A DNA stretch of 56,204 bases from a virus (Duplodnaviria; Caudoviricetes), in the IMG/VR virus record IMGVR_UViG_3300007960_000028, positions 1 through 56,204 of that record; one strand, 5' to 3'. Shown piece by piece: positions 47,244-56,203 of the stretch. Position 1 is the first letter of the stretch. Every line of letters begins with the position of its first letter. Made by a program: the position numbers and the translations under genes. The notes beneath the pieces were generated by a model. The model ran no database searches and was not told the DNA's origin. It saw only the letters and a program-made list of their open reading frames with translations.

Positions 47244-48197
47244 TTATTCCTGCGTTAAAAATGAACAAAACATACTCATTACGTTAATTTCTTTATCAAT
47301 AACATAGTAATCTTGATATTGATATTGATTTAAAATTATAATATTAGTAGATAAATCACCTTGTATATTATCTATATTGGTATATAAATATTTATATAAA
47401 ACCTCAAAATTAGTAATTCTAAGATCGGTTATTATCTGCCTAATCTCTTTTATTTTATCATTAGGTTTCTTTTTAGAGTTCATAATGGATATAATATCAT
47501 CAAATTCACTTTTTCTTTTAATTTCTGATTTTGATGGTAAATATTTTCCATTGATACATTTAGACCATATAGAAGTTATTGTAGAACGTATATCTGGATA
47601 TTTTTCATTTATTATACCTACAATACTATGTAATGTAGATTCATCGTTTATATCATACTCTATATTTTCAGAGTCTAATATATAGATGATTCTATTCATT
47701 ATATCTTCTTTTGGTGTATCATCTATATCGTAGCTAACAAATCTAGATTTAATAGATTGTAATATTTTTTCAGAGTGGTTGCAAGTTAATATAAATCTAA
47801 CATTATCACTATATAATTCTATAATATAATTTAAAGTTTCTTGATTTTTAATAGGTATACTATGAAATTCTTCTAATAATATTATTTTATATTTTCCTTG
47901 TGGTGCAGAATTACAGAATGGTAATATTCTATCTCTAATTCTATCTAATCCACCTTTCTGCATCTCATCTGCAGCATTGATTTGCATATAATCTTTGCAT
48001 TTCAATTCATTTATAACCATTTTAGCTAATGTGGTTTTCCCTATACCAGGAGAACCACACAATAGCATATTAGGTATATCTTCTCTTTCTATTATATTAG
48101 ATATAACTTCTCTAAATTCTTCACTACAAATATAATCTTTTAATTCTCTTGGTCTGTATTTTTCAGCCCATATAGTTGTATTTTCTCTATATTGCAT
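47244..48197 (-). CDS. Clamp-loader AAA+ subunit (T4 gp44/RFC-small-like)
   Basis: WAEKYRP, GSPGIGKTT, INAAD, RFILTCN, IKSR, PDIR, DKEIN. Confidence 0.95.
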   Translation of the reverse strand: MQYRENTTIWAEKYRPRELKDYICSEEFREVISNIIEREDIPNMLLCGSPGIGKTTLAKMVINELKCKDYMQINAADEMQKGGLDRIRDRILPFCNSAPQGKYKIILLEEFHSIPIKNQETLNYIIELYSDNVRFILTCNHSEKILQSIKSRFVSYDIDDTPKEDIMNRIIYILDSENIEYDINDESTLHSIVGIINEKYPDIRSTITSIWSKCINGKYLPSKSEIKRKSEFDDIISIMNSKKKPNDKIKEIRQIITDLRITNFEVLYKYLYTNIDNIQGDLSTNIIILNQYQYQDYYVIDKEINVMSMFCSFLTQE

Positions 48198-49588
48198 TAT
48201 TCTAAAATAATTGGGTTATACATAGTTCTTCCACGTAAGCTATCTATTACAAATAGATTTTGTGATGGTTTTTCAAATTCAGCCTTTATACTTATAGCAT
48301 AAGGATTCCATCCAATAAGAGAACCATTAATAATAAATGATTTTCCTAATAGAGATTGATGAAAATGACCAAATACATCCAATGAAACATTTCTAATTGA
48401 TTTATTCCAATTATTTATAGCTTTATTGATAGGTATAGTTGGACCACCTACACCACCACCATATCTAATAAAGTGACCATGATGGAATCTAGTAATTGTT
48501 CCATAAATATCTAATATAGTGTGAATACCATATTGTTGATGAAATTTTATAAACTTATTATTAGAAAATTTATCTCCTAATACATGATACATATATTGCT
48601 CCAATGAATTTCCTAATTCGGTAGATATTCTCTGTTGTTTTGTCATTCTACCATGATTTCCACTAGAAGTAACTATTTCAATAGGTAACTGTGTTTTATC
48701 AGATATAAATTCTATTGCACCTGCAAGTTTATTTTGAACATGTATAATTGCATCCGTTGGAAGTAAAGAGTTTGATTCTGCTAATTCATCATGTATATTA
48801 CCAGTAATAAAATCTCCACCTAAATGAATTATAATTTTCTTAGATTTATATGGTTCTTTTATAGTATCTATAATTCTAGCGGAATCATTTAATAATTGAT
48901 TTATTCTTCTTTCAGCAATTTCTAAATTAAATTCATTCAAATCATTTACAGCATGACGTTTTACAACTTCCTCTATATGCCAATCAGACCATTGAAGAAC
49001 TATTGCTGATTCTCTACCTTTTATTATAGATGGTGTAGTCTTAATTACTTTCGGAGAATACGAACTTTCTAATTGTCTTTTAATTTTAGACTCTTCTCTG
49101 AAATTGTCTATTTCATCTAATAACTTTTTATTTTTTGTTTTTAAAATATTATTTTCTTTCTCTATCTTTTTAAGTTTTAACTCATCATCTACACTATATT
49201 CTTTAGTTTTATCTTGAAATACTTCATCTATTACTAAATCTAAATCTGGTTCTGAGTCATATACATTTACATCCGAAATTTCTTGTTTTTTTGTAATATA
49301 TTTATCATACCACACACTAACAGTAATATGTTGTATTCCATATTTAGATGCTACCTTATAGATCATATCTGGATTTTTAATTTCAGATAATACTTTCTTT
49401 TTAAATTCCTTAGTATATCTTACATGTTCTCTATTGGAATTTAATAATCCATTTTTAAATTGAGTATGCCAATTTTTAATGGTGTGATCCCCACCAATAC
49501 CATACTTTCTATTTAAATCACTTATAGAACTTCCATTCATAAGCTCAGCAACAACTTTTCTTTTAAATTTGTTACTATATTTTTTCAT
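48197..49588 (-). CDS. Tandem-HTH plus calcineurin-like metallophosphoesterase/nuclease
   Basis: Two HTH_Tnp_1-like units (KYSNKFKRKVV; RYTKEFKKKVL), coiled coil, then SDWH, GDF, GNHG, HHGH, GHFH. Confidence 0.85.
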   Translation of the reverse strand: MKKYSNKFKRKVVAELMNGSSISDLNRKYGIGGDHTIKNWHTQFKNGLLNSNREHVRYTKEFKKKVLSEIKNPDMIYKVASKYGIQHITVSVWYDKYITKKQEISDVNVYDSEPDLDLVIDEVFQDKTKEYSVDDELKLKKIEKENNILKTKNKKLLDEIDNFREESKIKRQLESSYSPKVIKTTPSIIKGRESAIVLQWSDWHIEEVVKRHAVNDLNEFNLEIAERRINQLLNDSARIIDTIKEPYKSKKIIIHLGGDFITGNIHDELAESNSLLPTDAIIHVQNKLAGAIEFISDKTQLPIEIVTSSGNHGRMTKQQRISTELGNSLEQYMYHVLGDKFSNNKFIKFHQQYGIHTILDIYGTITRFHHGHFIRYGGGVGGPTIPINKAINNWNKSIRNVSLDVFGHFHQSLLGKSFIINGSLIGWNPYAISIKAEFEKPSQNLFVIDSLRGRTMYNPIILE

Positions 49589-49599
49589 ATAAAACCTTT

Positions 49600-50406
49600 T
49601 TATTTTTTAATATATGGTAATAAGATATATTTTGAATGTATATCTTCACTTTTAAAATCAAAGAATATAGCTGATGCTGGAACATTATCGTTTTTATATG
49701 CAACTATATGACTTACATTCATATCATTAGCTATAGATTTATTAGTTTCTATAATTTTTAAGAAATATAATGCATTAAATTCATTATCATCATTATTTTT
49801 TCTTCTCTTATCAAATAAATCAACATATTCATTATTTAATACCAATTCAACTTCACCGATATAATTATCAGAGTTGAATTTGATTATATTCTTATCTTCT
49901 GTTTCATTATTTAATATACTAATAGTGTCTGGTTTAAAAATACCATATAATTTTGATATTTGAATTATAAACTCATTATCCATAGGTATAGTTAATGTAG
50001 GCTCAGGTATAGAATTCAATGGTCTCTCTTTTAAATTATCATTTATCTTATCGGATTTTACACCTAAAGTAAATTTAATTTTTCTTTTCGAATCCTTTAC
50101 TATAAGCATATATGGATTGTTAGTTATATTATTATATTCTAATTCAAAACTAAACTCATCATCCATTATAGCTATAGTTTTTCTTATATCTTGTAGATTT
50201 TGTAATATCAATTTACCACTAAACCCATCAATAATACCGTGATTATATGTGGTATCTATTTTAAAACTGGTATCTACAATACCTCTCACTAATATATTTG
50301 CTGAGTTTTCATTTACGGTCAACTCACAAACATTATGCTCATCATTTATCTTCCCCAATAGGAATGTATCTAAATACTTAATAAATGAATCTCTATTTAC
50401 GGACAT
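49600..50406 (-). CDS. Putative sliding clamp (T4 gp45/PCNA-like)
   Basis: 268 aa, beta-rich, ends SKYILLP; lies between polymerase and clamp loader. The call is mostly positional. Confidence 0.55.
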   Translation of the reverse strand: MSVNRDSFIKYLDTFLLGKINDEHNVCELTVNENSANILVRGIVDTSFKIDTTYNHGIIDGFSGKLILQNLQDIRKTIAIMDDEFSFELEYNNITNNPYMLIVKDSKRKIKFTLGVKSDKINDNLKERPLNSIPEPTLTIPMDNEFIIQISKLYGIFKPDTISILNNETEDKNIIKFNSDNYIGEVELVLNNEYVDLFDKRRKNNDDNEFNALYFLKIIETNKSIANDMNVSHIVAYKNDNVPASAIFFDFKSEDIHSKYILLPYIKK

Positions 50407-50442
50407 ACATCCTCCAATATTGATAATAATTTATTTATTTTA

Positions 50443-50474
50443 CAAATTTAAAAAAAAGAATTTAATTTTCCAAA
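50443..50474 (-). promoter_or_regulatory. Bacteroidota-type sigma70 promoter
   Basis: TTTG-N20-TAAATTTG upstream of the putative clamp. Confidence 0.8.
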
Positions 50475-50477
50475 TAA

Positions 50478-50501
50478 AAATTAATAAAAATCAGAATAAT
50501 C
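50478..50501. repeat. 24-bp direct repeat, copy 1 (end of methyltransferase gene)
   Basis: AAATTAATAAAAATCAGAATAATC, identical to 51857..51880. Confidence 0.9.
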
Positions 50502-51842
50502 TACTATTGGTTTTATTTTTTTATTATTTTTATTAGTAGATTTTTTATTTATATAAAGTTTATAGGATGATATTCTATCATTTGATATTTTGTAATACTC
50601 TTTATCTTGTTCCATACCTATAAATCGAAATCCTTCTATCATAGAAGCTATTCCCGTACTACCACTACCCATAAATGGATCTAAAATAATACCATTTGGT
50701 GGAGTAACTAATCTAACCAAATACTTCATCAATTCAATTGGTTTGACAGTTACGTGATTGTTATTATCGGTTCCAGTGTTCCTTTCTTTCTTAGATACCT
50801 TTGCACAATAAAAAAATCTAGATGCAGATCCTTCATCGCCAATTGTTTCTGATAGTGGGTAATTTACATCAAATTTACCATATATTCCATTAGGACTACC
50901 ATTTGTATGCCGTGTATGATTATCATTCATAATTCCTGATTTAGTGTATGGAAATAATTCTTCTACCTCATCAGATCCATCATGTATAATATTTGATGGA
51001 AATCTTCCTTTATTATAATCAACTTTATCGGTAGAACCATACTTTCCAAATATATCACTATCAACTTTTCTACCATTATTACGGGCACCACTTATACCAA
51101 CTCTACATTTACCAATATTTATACCACCAACTCCCCATTTAATTACATTTTCTGCTATTGTATTTTCTGAAATTGGTTTTTGTGCTAATATTATGGGTTC
51201 CATTGCAGGTTTTAATTGAGTATTCCAATCATAATATAATTTAGCAAGTTCGGTTGCTAGTTCAGTTTCCATTAAACTATGTGGTTTTTTCGAATATCCC
51301 CATTTATGACTATCTATCGCAGTTTCATTTATAGTTTTGTGTTTATTTGGGTCTCTATTACAACCATCATAGGTTGATATTTTTTTACCAATCACCTTTC
51401 TTTCGGCATTATAGTATTTATCTATGGATTTATCTATAGACAATCCCTTTGGCATACCCGAACCATAAATCCAAGCTATAGTATCTTTTATATAAAATCC
51501 TGAGAATCTTATAGCCATAGACATCCAATCTTGTGTTCGTGTACCAGAAAATACTAGTATATGGCCACCTGGTTTTAATACTCTATATATTTCTTTCCAA
51601 AATATAGGTTGTGGTACAAACGAATCCCATTCTTTACCCATAAATCCACCACCACTAACATTATAATACCCATCTTTTAACCAAGAAACCATAACATCTT
51701 GTATGTTAGGTGGAGTTCCTAGTCCATACGGAGGATCGGTTACTATAGAATCAATGGAGTTATCTTCTATATCACGTAATAAATCTATATTATTACCAAT
51801 AAATAACTCATATTTATTTTCACTAAATAAATTACTATCCAT
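50481..51842 (-). CDS. N6-adenine/N4-cytosine DNA methyltransferase (beta class)
   Basis: IVTDPPY (motif IV) precedes HVTVKP and ILDPFMGSGSTG (motif I). Confidence 0.95.
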   Translation of the reverse strand: MDSNLFSENKYELFIGNNIDLLRDIEDNSIDSIVTDPPYGLGTPPNIQDVMVSWLKDGYYNVSGGGFMGKEWDSFVPQPIFWKEIYRVLKPGGHILVFSGTRTQDWMSMAIRFSGFYIKDTIAWIYGSGMPKGLSIDKSIDKYYNAERKVIGKKISTYDGCNRDPNKHKTINETAIDSHKWGYSKKPHSLMETELATELAKLYYDWNTQLKPAMEPIILAQKPISENTIAENVIKWGVGGINIGKCRVGISGARNNGRKVDSDIFGKYGSTDKVDYNKGRFPSNIIHDGSDEVEELFPYTKSGIMNDNHTRHTNGSPNGIYGKFDVNYPLSETIGDEGSASRFFYCAKVSKKERNTGTDNNNHVTVKPIELMKYLVRLVTPPNGIILDPFMGSGSTGIASMIEGFRFIGMEQDKEYYKISNDRISSYKLYINKKSTNKNNKKIKPIVDYSDFY

Positions 51843-51856
51843 TTTACCTTAAATTT

Positions 51857-51880
51857 AAATTAATAAAAATCAGAATAATC
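51857..51880. repeat. 24-bp direct repeat, copy 2 (end of DNA polymerase gene)
   Basis: AAATTAATAAAAATCAGAATAATC, encodes DYSDFY-stop on the minus strand. Confidence 0.9.
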
Positions 51881-54634
51881 AATTGTTTTTGATGGCATAG
51901 TCCATCCTATTGCATCATATATAGATTTTAATTTATTAGATAATTCACTATCATATATTTTATTAATATCTATATATTGTTTCATAAAATCTATAATTTC
52001 TTCGTATGGTTCTTCAACGGGATAACCCAATACATCTATATTAAATGGATTATGTTTCAAATAAACATATTTAATTTTATCACCTTGTTTTATTTTTCTA
52101 TATTTAAAACTAGCATTATAAAAACTCAATAATCTATTATAATATATAGCAGATTTTACCGCTACCGGTGTTCCTTTTTTAACTTGATGTATATATCTAT
52201 AGTTATCATCATCATATTCATTCATCTTTTTAATAGATGATATTTTAGATATATACTCATAATCATCTGGTCCGATTGTTTTTAATAAACCAGATACCAA
52301 TTCATTTGATTTTTCTTTATCATAATCAATCAATATAAGTTCCATTAATGTCTTTAAGTGAGTTCTAAATTTAACAGGAAATGATGATCTAACAACATCT
52401 ATACCTTTAAAATCCAATGGATCTTTTAAATTTCGTTTACCTTCACTATCAATTACATATTGAGCATATCTTTTTTTACCTAACCATAACCCACGTCTAG
52501 TTATCTTTTCTCTGTTAAATTTTAATCTGTTATTGTCAGAATTCAAATATATTTTAGAAAATGCTTCTAGTGATTCATTAATATTATCACAATACTCGGC
52601 TGCTATATTTGATAATATATCTATTTCTTCATTTGTTGGATTATTTAAATCTTTTATATGAGAATAATCATTTGGATGGAATGGTACATAACTAGAATCG
52701 GTATCGTTGTATATTACAACGTCCTCAAATCTTTCATTATTATTTATAGAATATAATTTATTAAATATGAATGATGCATATTTAATTACATCTCTACCGG
52801 TAGCAGTAACGGCTCCTGCATTTTCTAAATCATAAAATCTAAAACTCTCTAAACCTAAAACACCATATATAGAGTTAAGTAAGATTTTTTGTACTAATTG
52901 TAGTTTATCATAATATACAGATGCGTCTGGATCGTTATCTTTTATAGCTTGTTTTAATTTAGATTTATATTCTAATCTTTTATTAAACCAATCAGATAAT
53001 ATTGTTGGTATCAATCCTTTAATATCGGTTCTATACATTAAACCATTAGATGCAATTGTATATTTATTTTCTTCTATAAATTCTATAAATTCTTGTTTTG
53101 TTAGATTAAATCGTTCTTTCTGTAAGTTTTCAACAATCAATATAGCATCATCATCTATATAATTAAAATTACCAGAAAATAAAGAAAAATCTATTTCTCC
53201 ATCATGAAGAGAATTTATATAATTCATCATACCAACATCTTCCCAATTCAATATTCTACCTATTTTAGTTTCAGGTGAAATATTTAATGTTATAATGATA
53301 GACGGATATAATGATTGTAAATCGATAGAAAAGAAATATTCATATATACTTGGTTCAGGTAATCTAACATACGCACCCTCAAATGCAAGTTTTACTTCAC
53401 AACCCTCACCAAATGATTTATCTAATTCATTTTTTAAATAAAATACACCATTATTATAGTCTATATATTCATATATATCCTTAGTTGATTTTGTTCGGAA
53501 TACTCTTACTAAACCCTTTGTTGGGATACGTTCTCTATCACAATCAACATCAACCGATAAAGTATTTATACCAGAATAATGTACCATATTAGATGTCATA
53601 TTTATCTTTTTAGACTTATTTGGTGCTAATGTATTATTCTTATCCATATAACTCATTATAGCACCTTCTATAACCGCAGATGAGTGTATAAACTGTTGAT
53701 ATGGTATATGTGATACGTGACAAATTCTTCTAGTTAAATTTATAAAATCTACTTTTTTATCTAACTCGGTTATTAGCTTAACATCGACTAAGTTGTATTC
53801 TATAAATTTATTTATATCTGTTTTAAATAAAGTATCTAAACTACCTTCATATTTTATTTTACCATGACCCAATTCTTCATTAGCAACATAATCCAAAGCA
53901 TAACTAGATAATTCAGAATAAGTATAATTTTTATATAATTTCATATAGTCTAAAGATGCTACTCCAGCTATATCAACCATTTTATTTTTTTCGCTATACT
54001 TTACTATTTCAATTGGACTTAATTTTTTTACCCATTTATTACCTAATACACGGTTTATCCTAAAATATAAATATCTATTATCAAAGCTATCACTATTCCA
54101 ACCAACAACAATATGTGGTGATATAGATTTAAAATCATTTATATATTGTTTTAATAGATCAACCTCTGATTTAAAAGATATAACCGTAACATTACTATCA
54201 GCATTGTAATTTGGAACTTCGTCTGATAAAACATATACATAATATTTATCTTCTGTATGGTCATACATAGCTATAGAAGTTATAGTATTTTTTGCTTCTT
54301 CTTCTTTTAGTTCATTAGATTCCATCTCAACCTCAATATCGATAATAACTATCTTGATATTTTCGGATATAGAATCTGAATCGTTGTAATACTTTATTAG
54401 TTGCTCTATTTCAGGAGATAAGTCTATCTGTAAATAATCATTTGGATTTCCATTATACCCATCTACATTTACTACAGGATAATTATCAAACAGATATTTA
54501 TGACTACCTTTTATAGTATCATTTTTTGCTAATTTATAATAATCTTGTTGTCTTGTAAAATTAGTATATCCAAAATTATCATCCCACAAATGAACTGTAT
54601 TTTTGGATCTATCAAAATATATAGATTGATACAT
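51860..54634 (-). CDS. Family B DNA polymerase (T4 gp43-like)
   Basis: Exo DIE, GWNSDSFD, YNLVDV; palm DLQSLYPS, KILLNSIYG, YNDTDS, KKRY. Confidence 0.97.
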   Translation of the reverse strand: MYQSIYFDRSKNTVHLWDDNFGYTNFTRQQDYYKLAKNDTIKGSHKYLFDNYPVVNVDGYNGNPNDYLQIDLSPEIEQLIKYYNDSDSISENIKIVIIDIEVEMESNELKEEEAKNTITSIAMYDHTEDKYYVYVLSDEVPNYNADSNVTVISFKSEVDLLKQYINDFKSISPHIVVGWNSDSFDNRYLYFRINRVLGNKWVKKLSPIEIVKYSEKNKMVDIAGVASLDYMKLYKNYTYSELSSYALDYVANEELGHGKIKYEGSLDTLFKTDINKFIEYNLVDVKLITELDKKVDFINLTRRICHVSHIPYQQFIHSSAVIEGAIMSYMDKNNTLAPNKSKKINMTSNMVHYSGINTLSVDVDCDRERIPTKGLVRVFRTKSTKDIYEYIDYNNGVFYLKNELDKSFGEGCEVKLAFEGAYVRLPEPSIYEYFFSIDLQSLYPSIIITLNISPETKIGRILNWEDVGMMNYINSLHDGEIDFSLFSGNFNYIDDDAILIVENLQKERFNLTKQEFIEFIEENKYTIASNGLMYRTDIKGLIPTILSDWFNKRLEYKSKLKQAIKDNDPDASVYYDKLQLVQKILLNSIYGVLGLESFRFYDLENAGAVTATGRDVIKYASFIFNKLYSINNNERFEDVVIYNDTDSSYVPFHPNDYSHIKDLNNPTNEEIDILSNIAAEYCDNINESLEAFSKIYLNSDNNRLKFNREKITRRGLWLGKKRYAQYVIDSEGKRNLKDPLDFKGIDVVRSSFPVKFRTHLKTLMELILIDYDKEKSNELVSGLLKTIGPDDYEYISKISSIKKMNEYDDDNYRYIHQVKKGTPVAVKSAIYYNRLLSFYNASFKYRKIKQGDKIKYVYLKHNPFNIDVLGYPVEEPYEEIIDFMKQYIDINKIYDSELSNKLKSIYDAIGWTMPSKTIDYSDFY

Positions 54635-54668
54635 TTAATTTAAAAATAATATTAAAAAATAAAAAATT

Positions 54669-54688
54669 AAGTGGGGATAACCCCACTT
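54669..54688 (-). terminator. Intrinsic terminator after dUTPase
   Basis: AAGTGGGG-ataa-CCCCACTT, followed on the minus strand by T-runs. Confidence 0.8.
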
Positions 54689-54693
54689 TAAAA

Positions 54694-55164
54694 TTATTTA
54701 CCAGTAGATCCAAATCCATCAGTACCACGATCAGTTGGAGTTAATTCTGATTCATGTTCTACTTCATCCATAGTAATTTTATGAGTTGGCTCTATAATAA
54801 TTTGACCTATTCTATCACCAATATCATACACTTTATATTTATATGTCAGTAGCCCAAAAAGATTTTTTAATGTTTTTTTAGGAGCAACTTTTTTAAATAT
54901 AAGTTTTAATTCTCCACGATAATTACTATCCAATATACCAACTGAGTTTGCTAATGTAAGGTTGGTTTTATACACCGAACTTCTAGGGTAAATTTTCATT
55001 ACCGAATTATTTGGTATTTGAAAATATAATCCAGTTCCATATACTATATAATCGCCCTTATCTTCTTTTGATATAGCAACTACATCCATTCCTGCATCAT
55101 GTTCGTGTGCTTTTATTGGTAATGTAGCATTTGGTTCTCTATATATTTTTACATTAAACTTCAT
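54694..55164 (-). CDS. dut: Trimeric dUTPase
   Basis: AGMDV, PRSS, GILDSNYRGE, GDRIGQ, RGTDGFGSTG (motifs I-V). Confidence 0.96.
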   Translation of the reverse strand: MKFNVKIYREPNATLPIKAHEHDAGMDVVAISKEDKGDYIVYGTGLYFQIPNNSVMKIYPRSSVYKTNLTLANSVGILDSNYRGELKLIFKKVAPKKTLKNLFGLLTYKYKVYDIGDRIGQIIIEPTHKITMDEVEHESELTPTDRGTDGFGSTGK

Positions 55165-55176
55165 AATAAATCCATA

Positions 55177-55377
55177 TTATTTAATTAAAAAACTAACATC
55201 ATCTTTAGATAAGTTATTTATTTCTTTTGGATCCATATATTGTATTATAGATCCTATAACTTTATTTGTTTCTTTATCTATTATAAAATTCATAGTTTTT
55301 GTATCAGTAATGTCTTTTGTAGAATTACTAACCTGAATGCCTTCTATAACACCTAAAATTTCATATACAATTTCCAT
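55177..55377 (-). CDS. Hypothetical protein
   Basis: ORF with AAGG upstream. Confidence 0.65.
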   Translation of the reverse strand: MEIVYEILGVIEGIQVSNSTKDITDTKTMNFIIDKETNKVIGSIIQYMDPKEINNLSKDDVSFLIK

Positions 55378-55395
55378 AACAACCTTGTAAAATAT

Positions 55396-55422
55396 GAGTG
55401 TGGTCTAAGGCAGACCACACTC
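55396..55422 (-). terminator. Hairpin, probable terminator
   Basis: 11-bp stem GAGTGTGGTCT-aaggc-AGACCACACTC just after the T9SS-CTD gene. Confidence 0.75.
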
Positions 55423-55432
55423 TAATACTAAC

Positions 55433-56203
55433 TTAAATTTTAGTAAATTTAAAAACTTTAACAAAACCATTGAAATCAATAGTAATTAAAAAATAAACTC
55501 CACTAGACATATTAGATATATCTATATTATCAGTTATACCTGTTCCACTTTCATTATATACGACATTACCAGTATAATTAGATATATATACATGTGAATA
55601 TATTTTACTGTTATCTAAATATAAATTATCATCTGTAATATTTATAATTTCTATTCCATCTACATAGTAATCAGATTCATCTTCTACATCTAACGGAATA
55701 TCTTTGATTAATACAGTTAATATCTCTATAATAGTAGGCTCTACATTAGATAAACTATCTATTTTCAAATTTAATTCTTTAACTAATAACTCTAAACTAT
55801 CTTGTTTACAGTCTTCGATAATATACACTAAATCAGTTTCTTCTATTAATGTGGTATATTCATCAGTAGTTACAAATTTAAATTGTAATGTAGAATCTTT
55901 ATCTTTAACCACATAAGAATATGGTGACGTTATTGTCCATTTATTATTTAATTTTGTATATTCTGTTTCAGAATTTATTTTGATATAGGTATCAACATAT
56001 TTAAAGTGTTTAGAATAAGACCAAGTAATATCAATTTTATCCATTACTTTATATTCAGATCCTACTGGTCCTACTTCAAACCATTTATCTTCACTTATAA
56101 TTACAACATCACCCAAAAAACCCATTTCAGTATAAAACTCGATAGAAACAATTTCATCTGTATTTAACTGTGAAGTATAAGTATATGATTTTGAATCAAA
56201 TGG
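55433..56203 (-). CDS. Protein with C-terminal T9SS type A (Por) sorting domain, 5'-truncated by the window edge
   Basis: Ends VYISNYTGNVVY...IDISNMSSGVYFL...VFKFTKI; frame stays open from 56125 to the edge (PFDSKSYTY...TEM). Confidence 0.85.
   Translation of the reverse strand, partial: PFDSKSYTYTSQLNTDEIVSIEFYTEMGFLGDVVIISEDKWFEVGPVGSEYKVMDKIDITWSYSKHFKYVDTYIKINSETEYTKLNNKWTITSPYSYVVKDKDSTLQFKFVTTDEYTTLIEETDLVYIIEDCKQDSLELLVKELNLKIDSLSNVEPTIIEILTVLIKDIPLDVEDESDYYVDGIEIINITDDNLYLDNSKIYSHVYISNYTGNVVYNESGTGITDNIDISNMSSGVYFLITIDFNGFVKVFKFTKI

Noticed and set aside
48197-49588. IS3-family transposase
   Set aside because: Only HTH similarity; no DDE domain or terminal inverted repeats, and the C-terminus is a metallophosphoesterase.
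53384-53615. Intein in the DNA polymerase
   Set aside because: Too short and lacks the C/S start block, TxxH and HN terminus; reported as a domain insertion instead.
23786-55916. Plus-strand ORFs of 63-102 aa (23786, 25345, 33061, 33862, 36868, 37446, 41062, 41395, 42379, 44735, 47377, 50249, 55704)
   Set aside because: Antisense to recognisable minus-strand genes, with no promoters, RBS or motifs.
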